Below, piece after piece: positions 29,010 to 44,051 of a stretch of DNA of 64,000 nt (position 1 is its first letter; each line of letters begins with the position of its first letter). A program made the translations under genes and the position numbers. A model generated the notes under the pieces. The model ran no database searches and was not told where the DNA came from. It saw only the letters and a list, made by a program, of their open reading frames with translations. The stretch lies in the NCBI RefSeq assembly GCF_009914755.1, contig NC_060927.1; one strand, 5' to 3'. The DNA is from the human T2T-CHM13v2.0 reference genome, Homo sapiens.

Positions 29010-29360
29010 ATTTAATGAGCATTTAACCATGTGCCAGGCACTGTCTTTCAATTGATTATCTCATTTAATCCTGAAACAACCCAGCGGGTAGGTATTATTA
29101 TCCTCATTTTTGGAGTAAGAAAACTGAGGCTCAGAAAAAGGTTTAGGTAATTTGCCAAGACATGGCAGAGCCAGGATTCAAAATCAAATGTGTGTTTGAT
29201 TCCTGAGCTCATGCTTTTCCACACAGAAACCTTCTTTTGTCTTACCTTTGATTTACAGTTAGCAAACTGATCCCAGAAGGCAAAAGAATTTGCCCAAGGC
29301 CTCACAGCTAGTGACAAAGCTAGGACCAGAACTGGGGCTCCGGATTCCTATTGAGGTGCT
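29010..29360 (-). mobile_element. MIR fragments
   Basis: TATTATCCTCATTTT...GAAAACTGAGGCTCAGA...AATTTGCCAAG...GAGCCAGGATTCAAA. Confidence 0.75.
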
Positions 29361-31825
29361 CCTTTTACTCTGTCACCCTCTAGGCTCAGCCACAGCTTCA
29401 GAGCGTGATCTATAAAGAGGCAGAAGTCATCTTTCTTCTAAAGTCAGAAGCTGACAAAAATAATAGGACCCACTTATAAAAGCCATCCTTTCCCTATCAT
29501 TTAAATCTTAATCTCTTTTAAAGGCTTAAATTCTTATACTTTTATATAATTATGAAAATTTCCCTTTCAATCAGATTCTTGCTCAATTATAACAGAAACT
29601 CCCATCATTCCTTCTCTCTTTTCCACCCCCAGATGATAGAACTCATTTCATTGTCACAGAGGAAAATGACTTAATTCATGCAGAAAAGCAAAAGGCAGGG
29701 ACAGGCAATAAGCTGAATACCTTTTCTGTAATAAACAGAAATCTTCATGAATATTAAAGACTTTAGAAAACAATACTTTTCTATGTATCTTTTATGAACT
29801 CAGATTTGGATTTTGGCTTAGCTAGTATATAATTATTCATTTGATTTTGCTATTAATTTAATCTTTATTGAACAAATGTAAAACAAGAGATGCTAGTAAA
29901 GAAATTACAGGTGGAAAATGTTTGGGGCAAGATTGGTAAATTAAATACATAACAAACATTAGTATAATAAAAATAATTTTATGTAAAAACTTTCAAATGA
30001 AAAACTAGAAACAGCTTAGATCAAGGATTTTACTGTTTTCCTAGCTCCCAAAGAACTCTTAACAGCTATTTTCCCATATTCCTAAAAATTTCTGAAGAAT
30101 AAGCCATAAGCCTAATTCATTGTAAGGAGTAAGGCATGAATTGAGTGGATAGTTTTCTTCTGATTCTGCACTAAGTAAAAGAATGGGGTCTTGTACCTCC
30201 TTGGACGACTTGCTCATAAGCTGAGAAGGTTATCTGCCACTCACTTTCTTAAGGACAGTTATTAAGTTCCTGAGTTCCCACCAACCCCTGAATCTCAGGT
30301 CCTCTCTCAGATTTCTGTGGTTTTCCTAAGAGTTATAAATCTGCAGTTTCTAATTAAAGTGTCTGACCAATGTGTTGCTTTCCATCCTGTTTGTATAAAT
30401 CCATTGTAGTTGTCATTTCAGCAGTTCCAGATGATTTTCTAATTTGTGTATGATCCAGATTTCTTAATTGTTCTCTTTTTCCCATCTCTTCCTTCAGGCA
30501 GCTTAACACTCCTTGGTAATTTCTAGAGGATGGGCAGCACAAAGAAAAGTTCTACTCTAGTTTTTGTGGGTTTCTTTTTGCCACGTGCTAATGGTTCCGT
30601 TAAAGGTTTGTTTAACTTCTTTGCTGAAAGAAGTTTACGAACTCCTTGGCAAGAATCTGATTTCTGGTTTCTTCTGCTCTACTGATTATATTTGGTTTAT
30701 GTGTATTATCAGTCATGCGAACATTCAGCAAACAATATTTAAAAACCCCATCCCACATATGTACATAAAAGAAGGGTTATGAATATTCTGTTTCGTGTTT
30801 GTTTGCATTACTTCAGGGGAAGCAAATTCTTAAAGAACTGGAGTAAAGTTCTAGCAAGGGAATAAGGCCAGGAAGAAAAAACAGAAGGCAGAAATAAATA
30901 AAAGCAGAAGTTCTGACCCTTAGTGACGAAACAGAATCAGTTACCCAGTTACCTGTTGCTCTTCCTTTCTCTCCAGCCCCTCCACCCTTGACCCTGTCAT
31001 GAGATGATTTAAACTTGGGTGTGGGGAACCCTCCTATTACTTGGGTAGGATTTGTGAAGTTTGCTGGGTAAAAAGTGCTCCATAGGGGCCAGTTATCAGG
31101 CTTTTGGAGCACAAAGGCCAACGAACATTTATCCAACATTTTATGAAACTCCTGCTGGCACTGGGGGCAGACGTGGAGAAAGAGGTGACTAAAGCACAGT
31201 TCTTGCCCTTGAACAGTAGGTCCCCCCATGAACAGTAGGTCCCCCCAGTAGGAGTTAATTCAAGGACTACCATCTTTGTTTGCCTTATCCATTCATGTGC
31301 ACACTCATGACGACATTCATCATTTTACCAGGGGAAGAATTAAGATGCCAGAAGTCAGTGATCCAATAAGGACTCATTGGCCTGTGTTCCTTCTGTTCAG
31401 ATACATGTACAGTTGTCTATGTTTCTCATGATGAAGCTGCTTCTTTGGAAGCTGGAGAGTTATATAACCCTGGTCTGAGGCTGCTTATTTATCATCCCTG
31501 GAGAACAACAACCTTCTCCCTTTTTAAAAGGATCTTCTCATTACCTTCCCATTTCAACATTTTTGTTGAAAGATAGGCTCTCAATACAATGGGGAAACTC
31601 AGGACCCAAATTGGTACTTTAGGATCCTGTTATTACTGCTAAACCTACGTCAGAATGCAGCTATAGAGAATTTAGGAAGAGACTCCATTTTTAGAGATGT
31701 TACATCTATGTGATTCAACTATTGCTTCTTTGAATTATATGGATATATGTATGTTAGAGCTTCCTTCGGAAAAACAAACAGTTCTTTAAGGACCTAGATA
31801 GAAGCTGTCTTAAAAGAGAAGTGTT

Positions 31826-31857
<32 letters not shown>

Positions 31858-31858
31858 T

Positions 31859-31994
31859 AATGGAGTAGCCATTCTTTTATCCCTTTACTTTCCTAATAAT
31901 CTTGCTTTCGCTTTCTTCTACAGACTGGCGCTGAATTCTTTCTTGCGTGAGATCCAAGAACCCTCTCTTCGGGTCTGCATTGGGACCGCTTTTC
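31859..31994 (+). mobile_element. 3' fragment of a MER41-like ERV1 LTR
   Basis: GGAGTAGCCATTCTTTTAT...CTTGCTTTC...AATTCTTTCTTGCGTGAGATCCAAGAACCCTCTCTT matches the recalled MER41 R/U5 region. Confidence 0.75.
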
Positions 31995-32329
31995 TTTCTT
32001 TCTTTTTTTTTTCCATAGGTTTTTGGGGTACAGGTGGTATTTGGTTACATGAGTAAGTTATTTAGTGGTGATTTGTGAGATTTTGGTGCACCCCTCACCC
32101 GAGCAGTATAGGCTGTACTCTATTTGTAGTCTTTTATCCTTCACCCCGCTTTCCACCCTTCCCCCAAAGTCCCCAAAGTCCATTGTATCATTCTTATGCC
32201 TCATAGCTTAGCTCCCACATATCAGTGAGAACATAAGATGTTTGGTTTTCCATTCCTGAGTTACTTCATTTAGAATAATAGTCTCCAATCTCACCCAGGT
32301 CACTGCAAATACTGTTAATTCATTCCTTT
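31995..32329 (-). mobile_element. 5'-truncated L1PB1 3'UTR fragment
   Basis: Closely similar to the L1PB 3' end at 6733-7370 (CCATAGGTT...GGGGTACAGGTGGTATTTGGTTACATGAGTAAG). Confidence 0.9.
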
Positions 32330-32604
32330 CAAAAAATAAGTTTTTAAAAGAGAAAAAAAAAAGATATATGGGTACTTAACACTTAGAGGTTGTTTGGCAT
32401 TATTTTGGACATTCTTTAGCTTAAACCAGGGCTTTGAATTTTGCTTTTTGACATTTTAATTGATTTACATTCTGGGAACACTCTTTTTAAAAGGAAACTT
32501 TTAAAATGTTAAATTATTACTTTGTGTAAAATGCCAAAATATTATGTATACATGCAGAGTTCCCAGAAAATGCTTAATAAATACTCATTGTCGTTCTTTC
32601 CTAG

Positions 32605-32733
32605 AAATCGAAGCCAAAATTTTACGTGCTTTCCATGTTCCCTTATCCTTCTGGTAAGCTGCACATGGGCCATGTGCGTGTCTACACCATCAGCGACACC
32701 ATAGCACGGTTCCAGAAGATGAGAGGGATGCAG
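32605..32733 (+). CDS. LARS2: LARS2 exon 4: codons 79-121 with the class I HIGH motif (HMGH, 32662-32673)
   Basis: TTCTTTCCTAG| acceptor; [43 protein letters not shown] is the LeuRS signature; donor CAG|GTAAGA; 129 nt, phase 0-0. Confidence 0.98.
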
Positions 32734-33165
32734 GTAAGAACAGGTGCCTGCTGGAGCAGCCCTTGTCTGCCACACGCAGGGTTGGCATGTAGTAATATGT
32801 GTTCAAGACAAATGAAGAAAACCAACTTTAGTTAAGATTAGGACAGCTTTGAAGATGGACATGAAAAGCTCAGTGTTTCCTTTTATGGATTAGATGATAT
32901 TATAATAAAGCATCTAGGTTAATTGGGGGGCAGCCATGAGTTGGGTGTTGTGCTGGGGTGGAGATCAGATGGGAATGGGGTGAAAGGTAGATACAAATGT
33001 GGATAACACTGATAATCTTCCCAGGAGATACTCACCCATGAGTAGAGAATCATTGTATATAACGAACTGAGGTCAACAGTACAAATACACATCAGTGCTA
33101 TGAGTGGCAGGTGAGACTGCAAGATATTTCTTTCTGTTCTATTTGATATTTTCCATATTCTTTGA

Positions 33166-34275
<1,110 letters not shown>

Positions 34276-34374
34276 CAGAGCCTAATCTTTACTAGCAATC
34301 TTTAGCAACACATCATCTTTAAGATGGGTGTTGGATAATCATAATATCTTCTTTATCCACCTACGAAATATGGC

Positions 34375-34625
34375 AGTATTCAAGAAGGGCTGAGAGCATG
34401 GCCCATTGAACCAAACTGCCAGGATTCAAATTCCAGCTCTTAATACTTACAAGCTGTGTGGCCTTTGAGTAGTTAATTAATTAACCTCTTCAACACCTTG
34501 TTTTCTCTCATCTATAAAATAGGGATAAAATAGTACCTGCCCCATTGGCCTGTTAAAAGGATTCAAAGAGGATGACTATGAAGCACTTAGATACCTAACA
34601 CACAGTATGTAACCAATAAGTATTA
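34375..34625 (+). mobile_element. MIR
   Basis: CCAGGATTCAAATTCCAGCTC...AGCTGTGTGGCCTTTG...CTCATCTATAAAATAGGGATAA. Confidence 0.75.
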
Positions 34626-34636
34626 GCAATTGCCAG

Positions 34637-34839
34637 CAGTGGACAGGAACCTGCACACACCAGCACCTGAGAGCCAACTATGTATATCTCTGCCCAATGT
34701 TGTGTTTATTAGTCACCTTGGCAGCTTGAAATCTGCCATTGAGGGAGTATTTACGTCATGGTAATCAGCAAACCTACAAATCATGGCCTTTTCCTCCAGA
34801 GAGCCAATTGTTAATTAAACATTTACTGGAACCCCAGTG
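34637..34839. mobile_element. MER63-like hAT relic
   Basis: GAGAGCCAATTGTTAA...AACATTTACTGG and GCAGCTTGAAATC...GGGAGTATTTAC resemble the recalled MER63A consensus. Confidence 0.55.
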
Positions 34840-35183
34840 GCCATTGCTACTATGAACCTGTCAGGGCCTATACAAATGATATCTGCTGCCTCTCAGTTCT
34901 TTCTATTTTATTTTAGCAAGGTAAGTACATCCATTGTCATAACTGGTTTGAAATTTTATGCTGAGCTGACATTGGCTGCAAGAAGTATTCCTAAAAGAGG
35001 GTCACGTTGTAATGTCTTTGTCACTTGAAGAGTTAAATAACTTTATACTACCAAATTCAGAGATTTGTGTTCCACTTTAAGATGGCTGAGGGTGTTTGTC
35101 TCTCTGGTTTTTGTCAGATGTTATTTTTCCCAGATAACTGTTTTTCATTATTTCTGCTATGTTTATTAGAAAGAGGTGGGACA

Positions 35184-35930
<747 letters not shown>

Positions 35931-37037
35931 GACAGTTAAGCTTTTATAGCAACTGTACATTTATGATAGGGTGCAGGGAAGCCTGTTAGCAAAACAGGTG
36001 GTTGAGGGGCTTGTAGGTGGGATTCTAATTTCCTTGGATGGGATGAGATGTTACAGAGGAGGCTCAAGGCAGAGCTCCAGGCCCAAAGGAACTGGTACCC
36101 TTGCAGGCAGCTCAGGCCCAAAAGACAAGGAGTCCTCCTACCATATCTGAAGCCTAAGGTCAGGCTAGACCCAGAAATTGAACAACCTAGATTTGAACCT
36201 ACCACTTTCTAGCCAAGCGACTCTACAGAGTCATTTAATGTCCCTGTATCCCACTTTCTTAATCTTTAACATAGGGATAACAATACTTTATTCCTCACAG
36301 GGTTATGAGGATTAGATGAGATAGTGCTTGTATCTGGCACATAATAATCCCATAATAAGTGACAGCTGTAATTATTATTTATACTGATCTTATTCCTCAG
36401 AGCTGCTTAGGAAGGTGATTCGTCACCATTTAATAAATGAATCTTGTAATTCATATTATCCATCCTGTGGCTTGATTTGCTTATGGTTGAAACCACTATT
36501 TGTTATTTGGTTGATGGTTTCTTAGTCTGTGTGATCAGCAGATACCTAAGGTTGTCTTTTTGTTTCACAGTTTCAGTTGCTGTGTTTAAGATAGCAAGCC
36601 CTCTTTTCAGGGTGTTCTCTAGGTTCTCCTGAAATTAATTTCTTATTAATTTTCATAGTTCATATTTAAGTCACAGCATCTCAGATACAACCACCAAATC
36701 TGGTGAAAACTTGTCTGGTCATTTTTAAGTGATGTGGGAAAAGAGAAACAAATCTTGGTTTCATTGTCAGTGATGTGAAAGAAAGTCTGTTGAGCTTCCT
36801 TGTCATTTTAAAATCTTTCCTGCCCAGTGTCAGGATTGGTCCCTGAGATTGAATAAACTTGGACTCAAGTTTAACGATCCTCACTCTAAGCAGGGAAGGA
36901 ATATCTAATCTGGGCCTGCCAAACAGGGTCTGCCACATGTATTGATTAATTTAGTCAGTAAGTAATCATTGAGCACCAGCTCTATTCTTGAATGGAGATA
37001 TATGAAATAGTTCTAAGGCACACTAAGAACAGCATTA

Positions 37038-37643
<606 letters not shown>

Positions 37644-38034
37644 TAACTAACATGTTTTTAGGTCTACAGCCTATAAGACCTAACAACTCCTTTGTTCCTA
37701 ACAGCCTATAAGATAACAACTCCTTTGTTCCCAAGGAGTTTATAATCTGATAAGCCTCAACTGTTTGTGAGTTGATTGATTCAATGGATGTTTTTAAAAG
37801 CATACAACTCCTTTGTTTAAGTCTGGACTAAGTGTTCATTGTGCATATATAGCCCAGAATAATGTTTCTCAAACTTTAGAACTCACGTATCTCAGTGACA
37901 AAATCCTTGGGCTCAAGTTTGGTAAATATTGAATTAAAAGTTAAACTCTGTCATTCTAGATGATTACTTGACATTTAGATGATTATAAATACAAAGGCAA
38001 CCCCAGACACCCAATTCATGGGCTAGTTCTTGGT

Positions 38035-38400
38035 GATCAGGTTCATCAATCAGGAAAAATTAGACCATGCTGCTATAATAAACAATCCCCAAATCTCAGT
38101 GGCTTAAAACAACAAAATTTTGTTTCTTGCTTTTGCTACATGCCTAGCAGGAGGGCTCAGTTCAAGGTAGTCAGGACCTCGATGATGGCTGTTCTTACCT
38201 CAGTGAGTGCCTCCCCATCTCTGTGGCTGGGAGAAGGGGGTATAGTGAATCCCCACTGGCTCTTAAATCTTCCACTTGGACTCAAGTCACTTCCACTGAC
38301 ATGGCCACATCCAACCTCAAAGAGGGTAAAGAATATTCCCACCATGTGCCAGGATGGTGAGGAGGATCAAAATGTTTGTGAACAGCTCCAATGACCCCCA
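38035..38400 (-). mobile_element. Old MaLR LTR (MLT1J-like)
   Basis: ATGCTGCTATAATAAACAATCCCCAAATCTCAGTGGCTTAAAACAACAAA...ACATGGCCACATCCAAC. Confidence 0.6.
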
Positions 38401-41400
38401 CCTAAGGTGATCTAGTTGACCCAGAATATTCTTATCTTGGGTGATCTTTTTAAAAATTATTGATGTAAAAGTATACATTTAGAAACCATCAGGGAGACTA
38501 GCAGACCTCTCAATTGGAGCCTGTGGAATTTGAGAAACATTGCTCAGAACATGAAGTTGTTGCCGTCAAGTTTGGCATCCAACCATTTATGCTCTGTAAA
38601 AATTTCTCTGTGTGTCCATGATTCTTAAACTTTAGGGTGTGTAATGATCCCCTGAGGAGTTTGCTAAAAAGGCAGGTTGCGATATAGTCCTGCGTGAGGC
38701 TCAGGAATTGGTATTTAAATAAGCATTTCAGGTAGTTCTGATGTAAGTGCTCTCCCAGATTTGGCACTTACATGAATGGGATCGGATGCTCCACAGAGCC
38801 AAATGGACATGGTTCTCTAGGTTGGAAAATACATCCCATTGAAATGAGAAGAAAACTAAAGGTCACAAGCAGCTGAGCAGACACACACAGATTAGATGTG
38901 GACTGTGTATGTAGAGGGGCAGGTGGTTTGGGGGTGATGAATCAATTAGGAAACGGGGTTAGTCAAAGCGGTGATGGTGTCTGCCCTACCCGCATCATGG
39001 ATTTGTTGTGAGGTTTGTGTATGTGAGATGATCACTGAGAAAACCCTCTAAAAACAATATGTAATTTTCAAGTGTAACCCAATTAATAGTAGCAATAAAA
39101 AGAGAGTCCTGAGGTTTGGATGTTTGAGCAGGGGCCATTTGAAGCCAGAGATAAATTATTCTCTTTCAGTAATCAGAAAAGGCTGTACTGCCAATCGGTT
39201 TCTTCTTAAACTCATAGAATGCCTGATGACATATTTAAAACTTAGCTCCATATGGTGATTTTGTTGTGTTTTCATATGTTGTATGCACAGATGGTTGGAA
39301 AATAAAATTCCCCACCTCCCACCTCGGCTGGTCTCCCCAGCACCTTCTGGTCCAGAAGCCGGGTGATAAAAGCATCAAGGTGCCAAGTCCCCCTCACAGA
39401 GTTGGGCTTGGAATAATTTGTCTCAGGCAAAAAGCCACCAGGCATTGCCCAAGTAGAAGAGTTTTCTGCTTGGGCCTTTTTGCTATTCACTGCGGAGGAG
39501 GAAGAAAATTGAGGCTATGTGTCTGGCAGCTGCATAATCATAATATAATTATCCACAAATATCAGGAAGCAAGGGAAGTTCTTAGCAAGTAAACAATAAT
39601 GTACGTTCCATCAGTTTTCAGTTTGCCAGTCAGTCAACAAGTGTTTATGAAGTGCCCGGAGAGTGCATAGCATGGCATTTAGTTTTCAAATTTGCAAATC
39701 TCTGTAGCATCTGAAAGTAGATAGTGAATTTCCAGGGCATATTCTCTCAGATCTCCTTCGAAGGAGAGAACGAACTGCTGGTCCAGTGCCTTGACTGGAA
39801 ACTGGCAGATTTATCTGCCTGTCACATTCCTCCACATTCCCAGAGGAGGTCTGCTGCTTTGGGCCTAGGTACTGTCATTTGGTTTTTATAATCTGAAGTA
39901 TTCACTTGATTTTTATCCCCAATCTGTAATAATGGTGAGTTATTACACTTGCTAAACAAAATTAAATATTGTGTTTCTCATTTCTTGGAAATAAGAAGTG
40001 TTGAACATACTCCAAAGACACCATGACACTCTGAAAATAGCAGTTTTTGGAGAAGCAGTAACCATGGTTGCTCTCAATTAGAAGCTGAATTGGTTTCAAA
40101 TATAAAATTTTGTTTTGATGAAAGGGAGAGAAAGCTGGTAATCCCTAGAGAACTGGTTGGCCCTTTCATAGTAACAGTTACGCTGCTTCCCTCTCTACTG
40201 GGAAGGCAGATGACCAGCTGCTTGGGCTTCCTTCCCTTCCATCGCCAAACTCTACTCAGTCTTACTTCTTGTGTCGGATGAACAACTATATCTTTGCCTC
40301 TTTAAAATAATTCCTTCTTTTAAAAAATATATTTTAAAATTGTACATGAATTCCCATATTCCACCTATAACAAAAAGAAATACAACATAGATAAGTCTGT
40401 AGTCCCCTTTGGGCACCCATTTCTACATAAGGCCCCCCCGTCCCCAGGCAATAACCTCTGGCATTTTCCAGGTTATATGCCTTTAGAGCCTTCTCTGTCT
40501 GTCATATGGAACTGTGTTTTCTCCTGCATCTCTTTCTTCTACTTCTTTTAGTTTGCTTGCCATCCATCCTGCCTGCCAACTCTGAGACACCAAGGCTCAC
40601 CCTGGAGCAGGGCAGGGGTGGGCAGAAGGCCCCACCTGGGTGTGCCATGGCCATGTGGCTACCGGGCCTCACCCCCTGGCCAGGGCTCTGACCCCTGTGT
40701 TTTTGTCATCAGTAACTCCTGGTCTTCCATGGTAACAGCTGGCCCCCACTCCTCTCTGATCTCAAAGTAAGGCAGGTTATGCAGTCCTGCTAGCGTTCTT
40801 GTGCTGGTCCTTGACCAGTTTGCTGTTAGATCCATCCCTTGCTTTTTGTACGGCAGAAGGGCTGACTCCTGCAGGTCCGGTTCCCAAGCTGGCCCCCTCC
40901 TGGTTTTGAACAGTAGGAAATCCTGGTAACATTGGAGGACAGGAGAAAGGGAGAGGCCAGAAAATTTCTCTCTCTCTCTCTCTGCCCTGGTTTGGTCTTC
41001 ACTAATCTAGTTCCATCTGGGCAGTCCAGCCTGTTTGAGCTTCTGCAGCTGAGATCAGCCTTTGGGCTTTGTTAACTCTGCTTTCTCACTTTGTCTCTGC
41101 AGTCTAGAGATTGTGGTAATGTCCTGCCCTTCCAAACTGCTAGGTAGATTCACCCATTTCCTTGGCTTCCCACTCAACTTTAAACATATAGAGTATTAGT
41201 TAAACGAACCAGGTGGAAATGATGGTTTTTCAGACTTTGGAAGTTTATTTTGTGGATTTCCAAGTTATAGCTACTGGTACTTTTTCTTGATTCCATCTCT
41301 GAGTAGTATTACATTTATTATTTCAAAATTATCATTAGTAGTCTTCTGCCACCCTCTGTGATGTCACATTCCTATCTTTCCAAATTGACATGATACATAT

Positions 41401-43440
41401 TTCAAAGTGTATTTTCAGTAGATGTTTTTAAAAATAAAATACATGGAAAAAATGTTCTGAAGCTGCAGAATGCATTCATGTCCAAGAAGTTAACTTCTAG
41501 GAAGTTGAGAGGGTTCAGGTGGGCTCAAGCATATAAATAGAGATGCCAATAATTTATTTTTATTTTTATTTTTTTTTTAGGGAAATTGCCTAGTTAGCAC
41601 ATGTGAGCTGTAAGTTCATTTCAGTCCAGTTACTTTTTCAACTGTGGATGGATTAAAATAAGTTATGGTGGTAGAAAGAAAGGAATTGGAATTCTAAAAC
41701 CTAACAGGAGAGTTTGGAGTTCTTCCCAGTGAATGGACAATCTTGGCCATAGAGAAATCAAGGGCAAGAAAGTGTACCATGTATCTAGAGGTATTTGATC
41801 TGAACGGTGCATGAGACATGTACAAGGCTGGCAAGGGAAGCACCTAACCCAGTGTATTTCACGTAAATAGGCCATAACAACTTGACCAAAAAATAGAAGC
41901 TGCTCTCTGTGGGGGAAGGGACAAGCTTTGGTATTTTGTAATCCTGTTGTAGGTCTTCACTTTGTTTCCCCCTTGACAGTGGTGAATCATCTTATAGAAC
42001 AAAAGTGAGCTTTGCGCTTGGTCACTGGGCTCTAGGAAACCCAGGGTATAGAAACAAAGAGACCCTTTCCAATTTTGTGGAAATTTGGCTCACAGAGACA
42101 TTTATTCCAGTGCTCTGGCTCATGGTGGGAAGAACAATTCTGACTTCAAGATGCAAAACGGCCTTCCCACAATCTGATTCTGTTATTCTCTCTAGGGCAA
42201 ACGTTTGTTTTTTTGTTAATTTTTGGTAAGAATCTGAAATATTAAGAAACTTTGAGATTTTTCTAACTTTATTTTCATGGACAGCTTAGATAACATGTAA
42301 GCTAAGAATATCTTTCCATGTTAATTCTATCTGAAAACAAAAATAGAAATGAATAAGTGTATTATGTAAATCTAGGCTGGTTTTTGTGACAGTCTCTGTA
42401 TTGCCTTTATTTAAAAATATGGACGGCACCTAACAGAATGTTAATAGGCAGAAACATTGAATCGGTGCCATTTTGGCAGTTCTGACAAAGAAACCAAGTG
42501 GTAATTAAGTTTCCCCCCTTTCTTGTGGAACAGTTACGCAACAGTTACGTTATTCTGCCAGTAACACAGCCCAAGGAGAATTTAAAGCACAGCTGGAAGC
42601 TGCTCAGGTGTTGTCCTTGAAGTATTGCAGAACTTTCTAGTAATACTGCCCATATCCCCAGCATTGGATTCTTTTTTTTTTTTTTTTGCTCTTGAAATTT
42701 AAAAAGAAAAAGAGAAAGAATTGCAGAACTTAGTAGCAAATACAGAAGAATGTTTGTCATCTATGGATCAAGCAATATTCAAGTGAAAATTGTAGCCTAA
42801 ACAGTGTTTGTTTTAGTCATGATTCTTGTCTACCACGGACTAAAAACCCAGCTTAGACCAGCTTAAGCAAAAAGGGAGGCTTTGTTTTTACACATCCTGA
42901 AACTCACAGAATCAAAGGAAATGTAGGAGCTGGGCCCACTGGGTATTGGTACTAGGTCCTTGAAGTACATCAATTTCCCCAGTCTCTCTCCATTTCCTAT
43001 TTCTGCTTCTCTCCACATGCCAGCTTTATTTTCTCAGACATTTCTACAAGCTAGGGAGCAGAGCCACCTGAAGCCCTTATGGCTTCTGACCAAGGAGAAA
43101 AGAGAGCCCTGTCCTCCTCCAGCGTTCCGCCTTACTCTGTACAAGCCTAGAGCTGTCTGGGGAAAGATTCAGGGACTTGCCTCTCTCTCTAGCCAGGGGG
43201 ATGGGTTTTTAAGATTGGCAGTTCGTACTAACACTATATTAAGTTGGACACAGAACAGTTTCCTAGAAGGGGAAGATGCTGTTTGAGAGGATGAAATGCT
43301 TTGGGTCTGCCACATTTAGTAAGAGGAAAAGAGACCTCAAGTCTCAACTGGATTGGGATATGTCCAGTCAGTTTCTTAAAACTGCATAGAATAGATATAC
43401 TCAGGGAATGTTAGAATTTTTAGAAAAGACATGTATGCAC

Positions 43441-43941
43441 TGCGGGGGTCTAACTCACAGACCCTGACCCAGCAACAAATGAATAACATACACTGACACA
43501 GATAGTATGCCTGTCAGTCCAGCTGAGCATCTGCACCACTTACAGACTCCAAGGAGAGTGCTGTAAAGAGTTGCAGCCGAGGCCCTGACTCACTGGCCCT
43601 GCCGGCATTTATTCAGCACACATTCAATGACAAAGGCTTTGAGTAAACACCACTATAGGAAAATTGACCTGGTTCCCGACACCCCTAGTAGAGAGCAGTT
43701 ATGCACCCGAGGTTGATCAAAGGTTGGTCTTAGGATCACATGAGTAAACAAGCTATTTAGATAAACTGCATTCCTTTGTACCTACTTTAAGCCATTTACT
43801 CAAGGTAAGGATTAGGCAGCTTTCAGCCATAACCCTATCCTGAGACTTTTGCAAAACCTTCCAGCCTTCCAAGAAGATTTGTGTCTATATCCTATAACTT
43901 CATCTTAAAGTTTTTCCCACCAGCCTGACTGAACTCCCACA
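43441..43941 (-). mobile_element. Solo LTR, LTR22-like (HERV-K22/HML-5), in LARS2 intron 4
   Basis: rc starts TGTGGGAGTTCAGTCAGGCTGGTGGGAAAAA; TG..CA termini; exact 6-bp TSD ATGCAC (43435-43440, 43942-43947). Confidence 0.85.
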
Positions 43942-44051
43942 ATGCACACTTACATATTTTGTGCAGAGATCCCTGATATAATGTTAAATGAAAAAAGGTC
44001 ATAAAATAATGTATATAATCATTTCTATTTTCTTTCTCTTTTTAAAATAAG

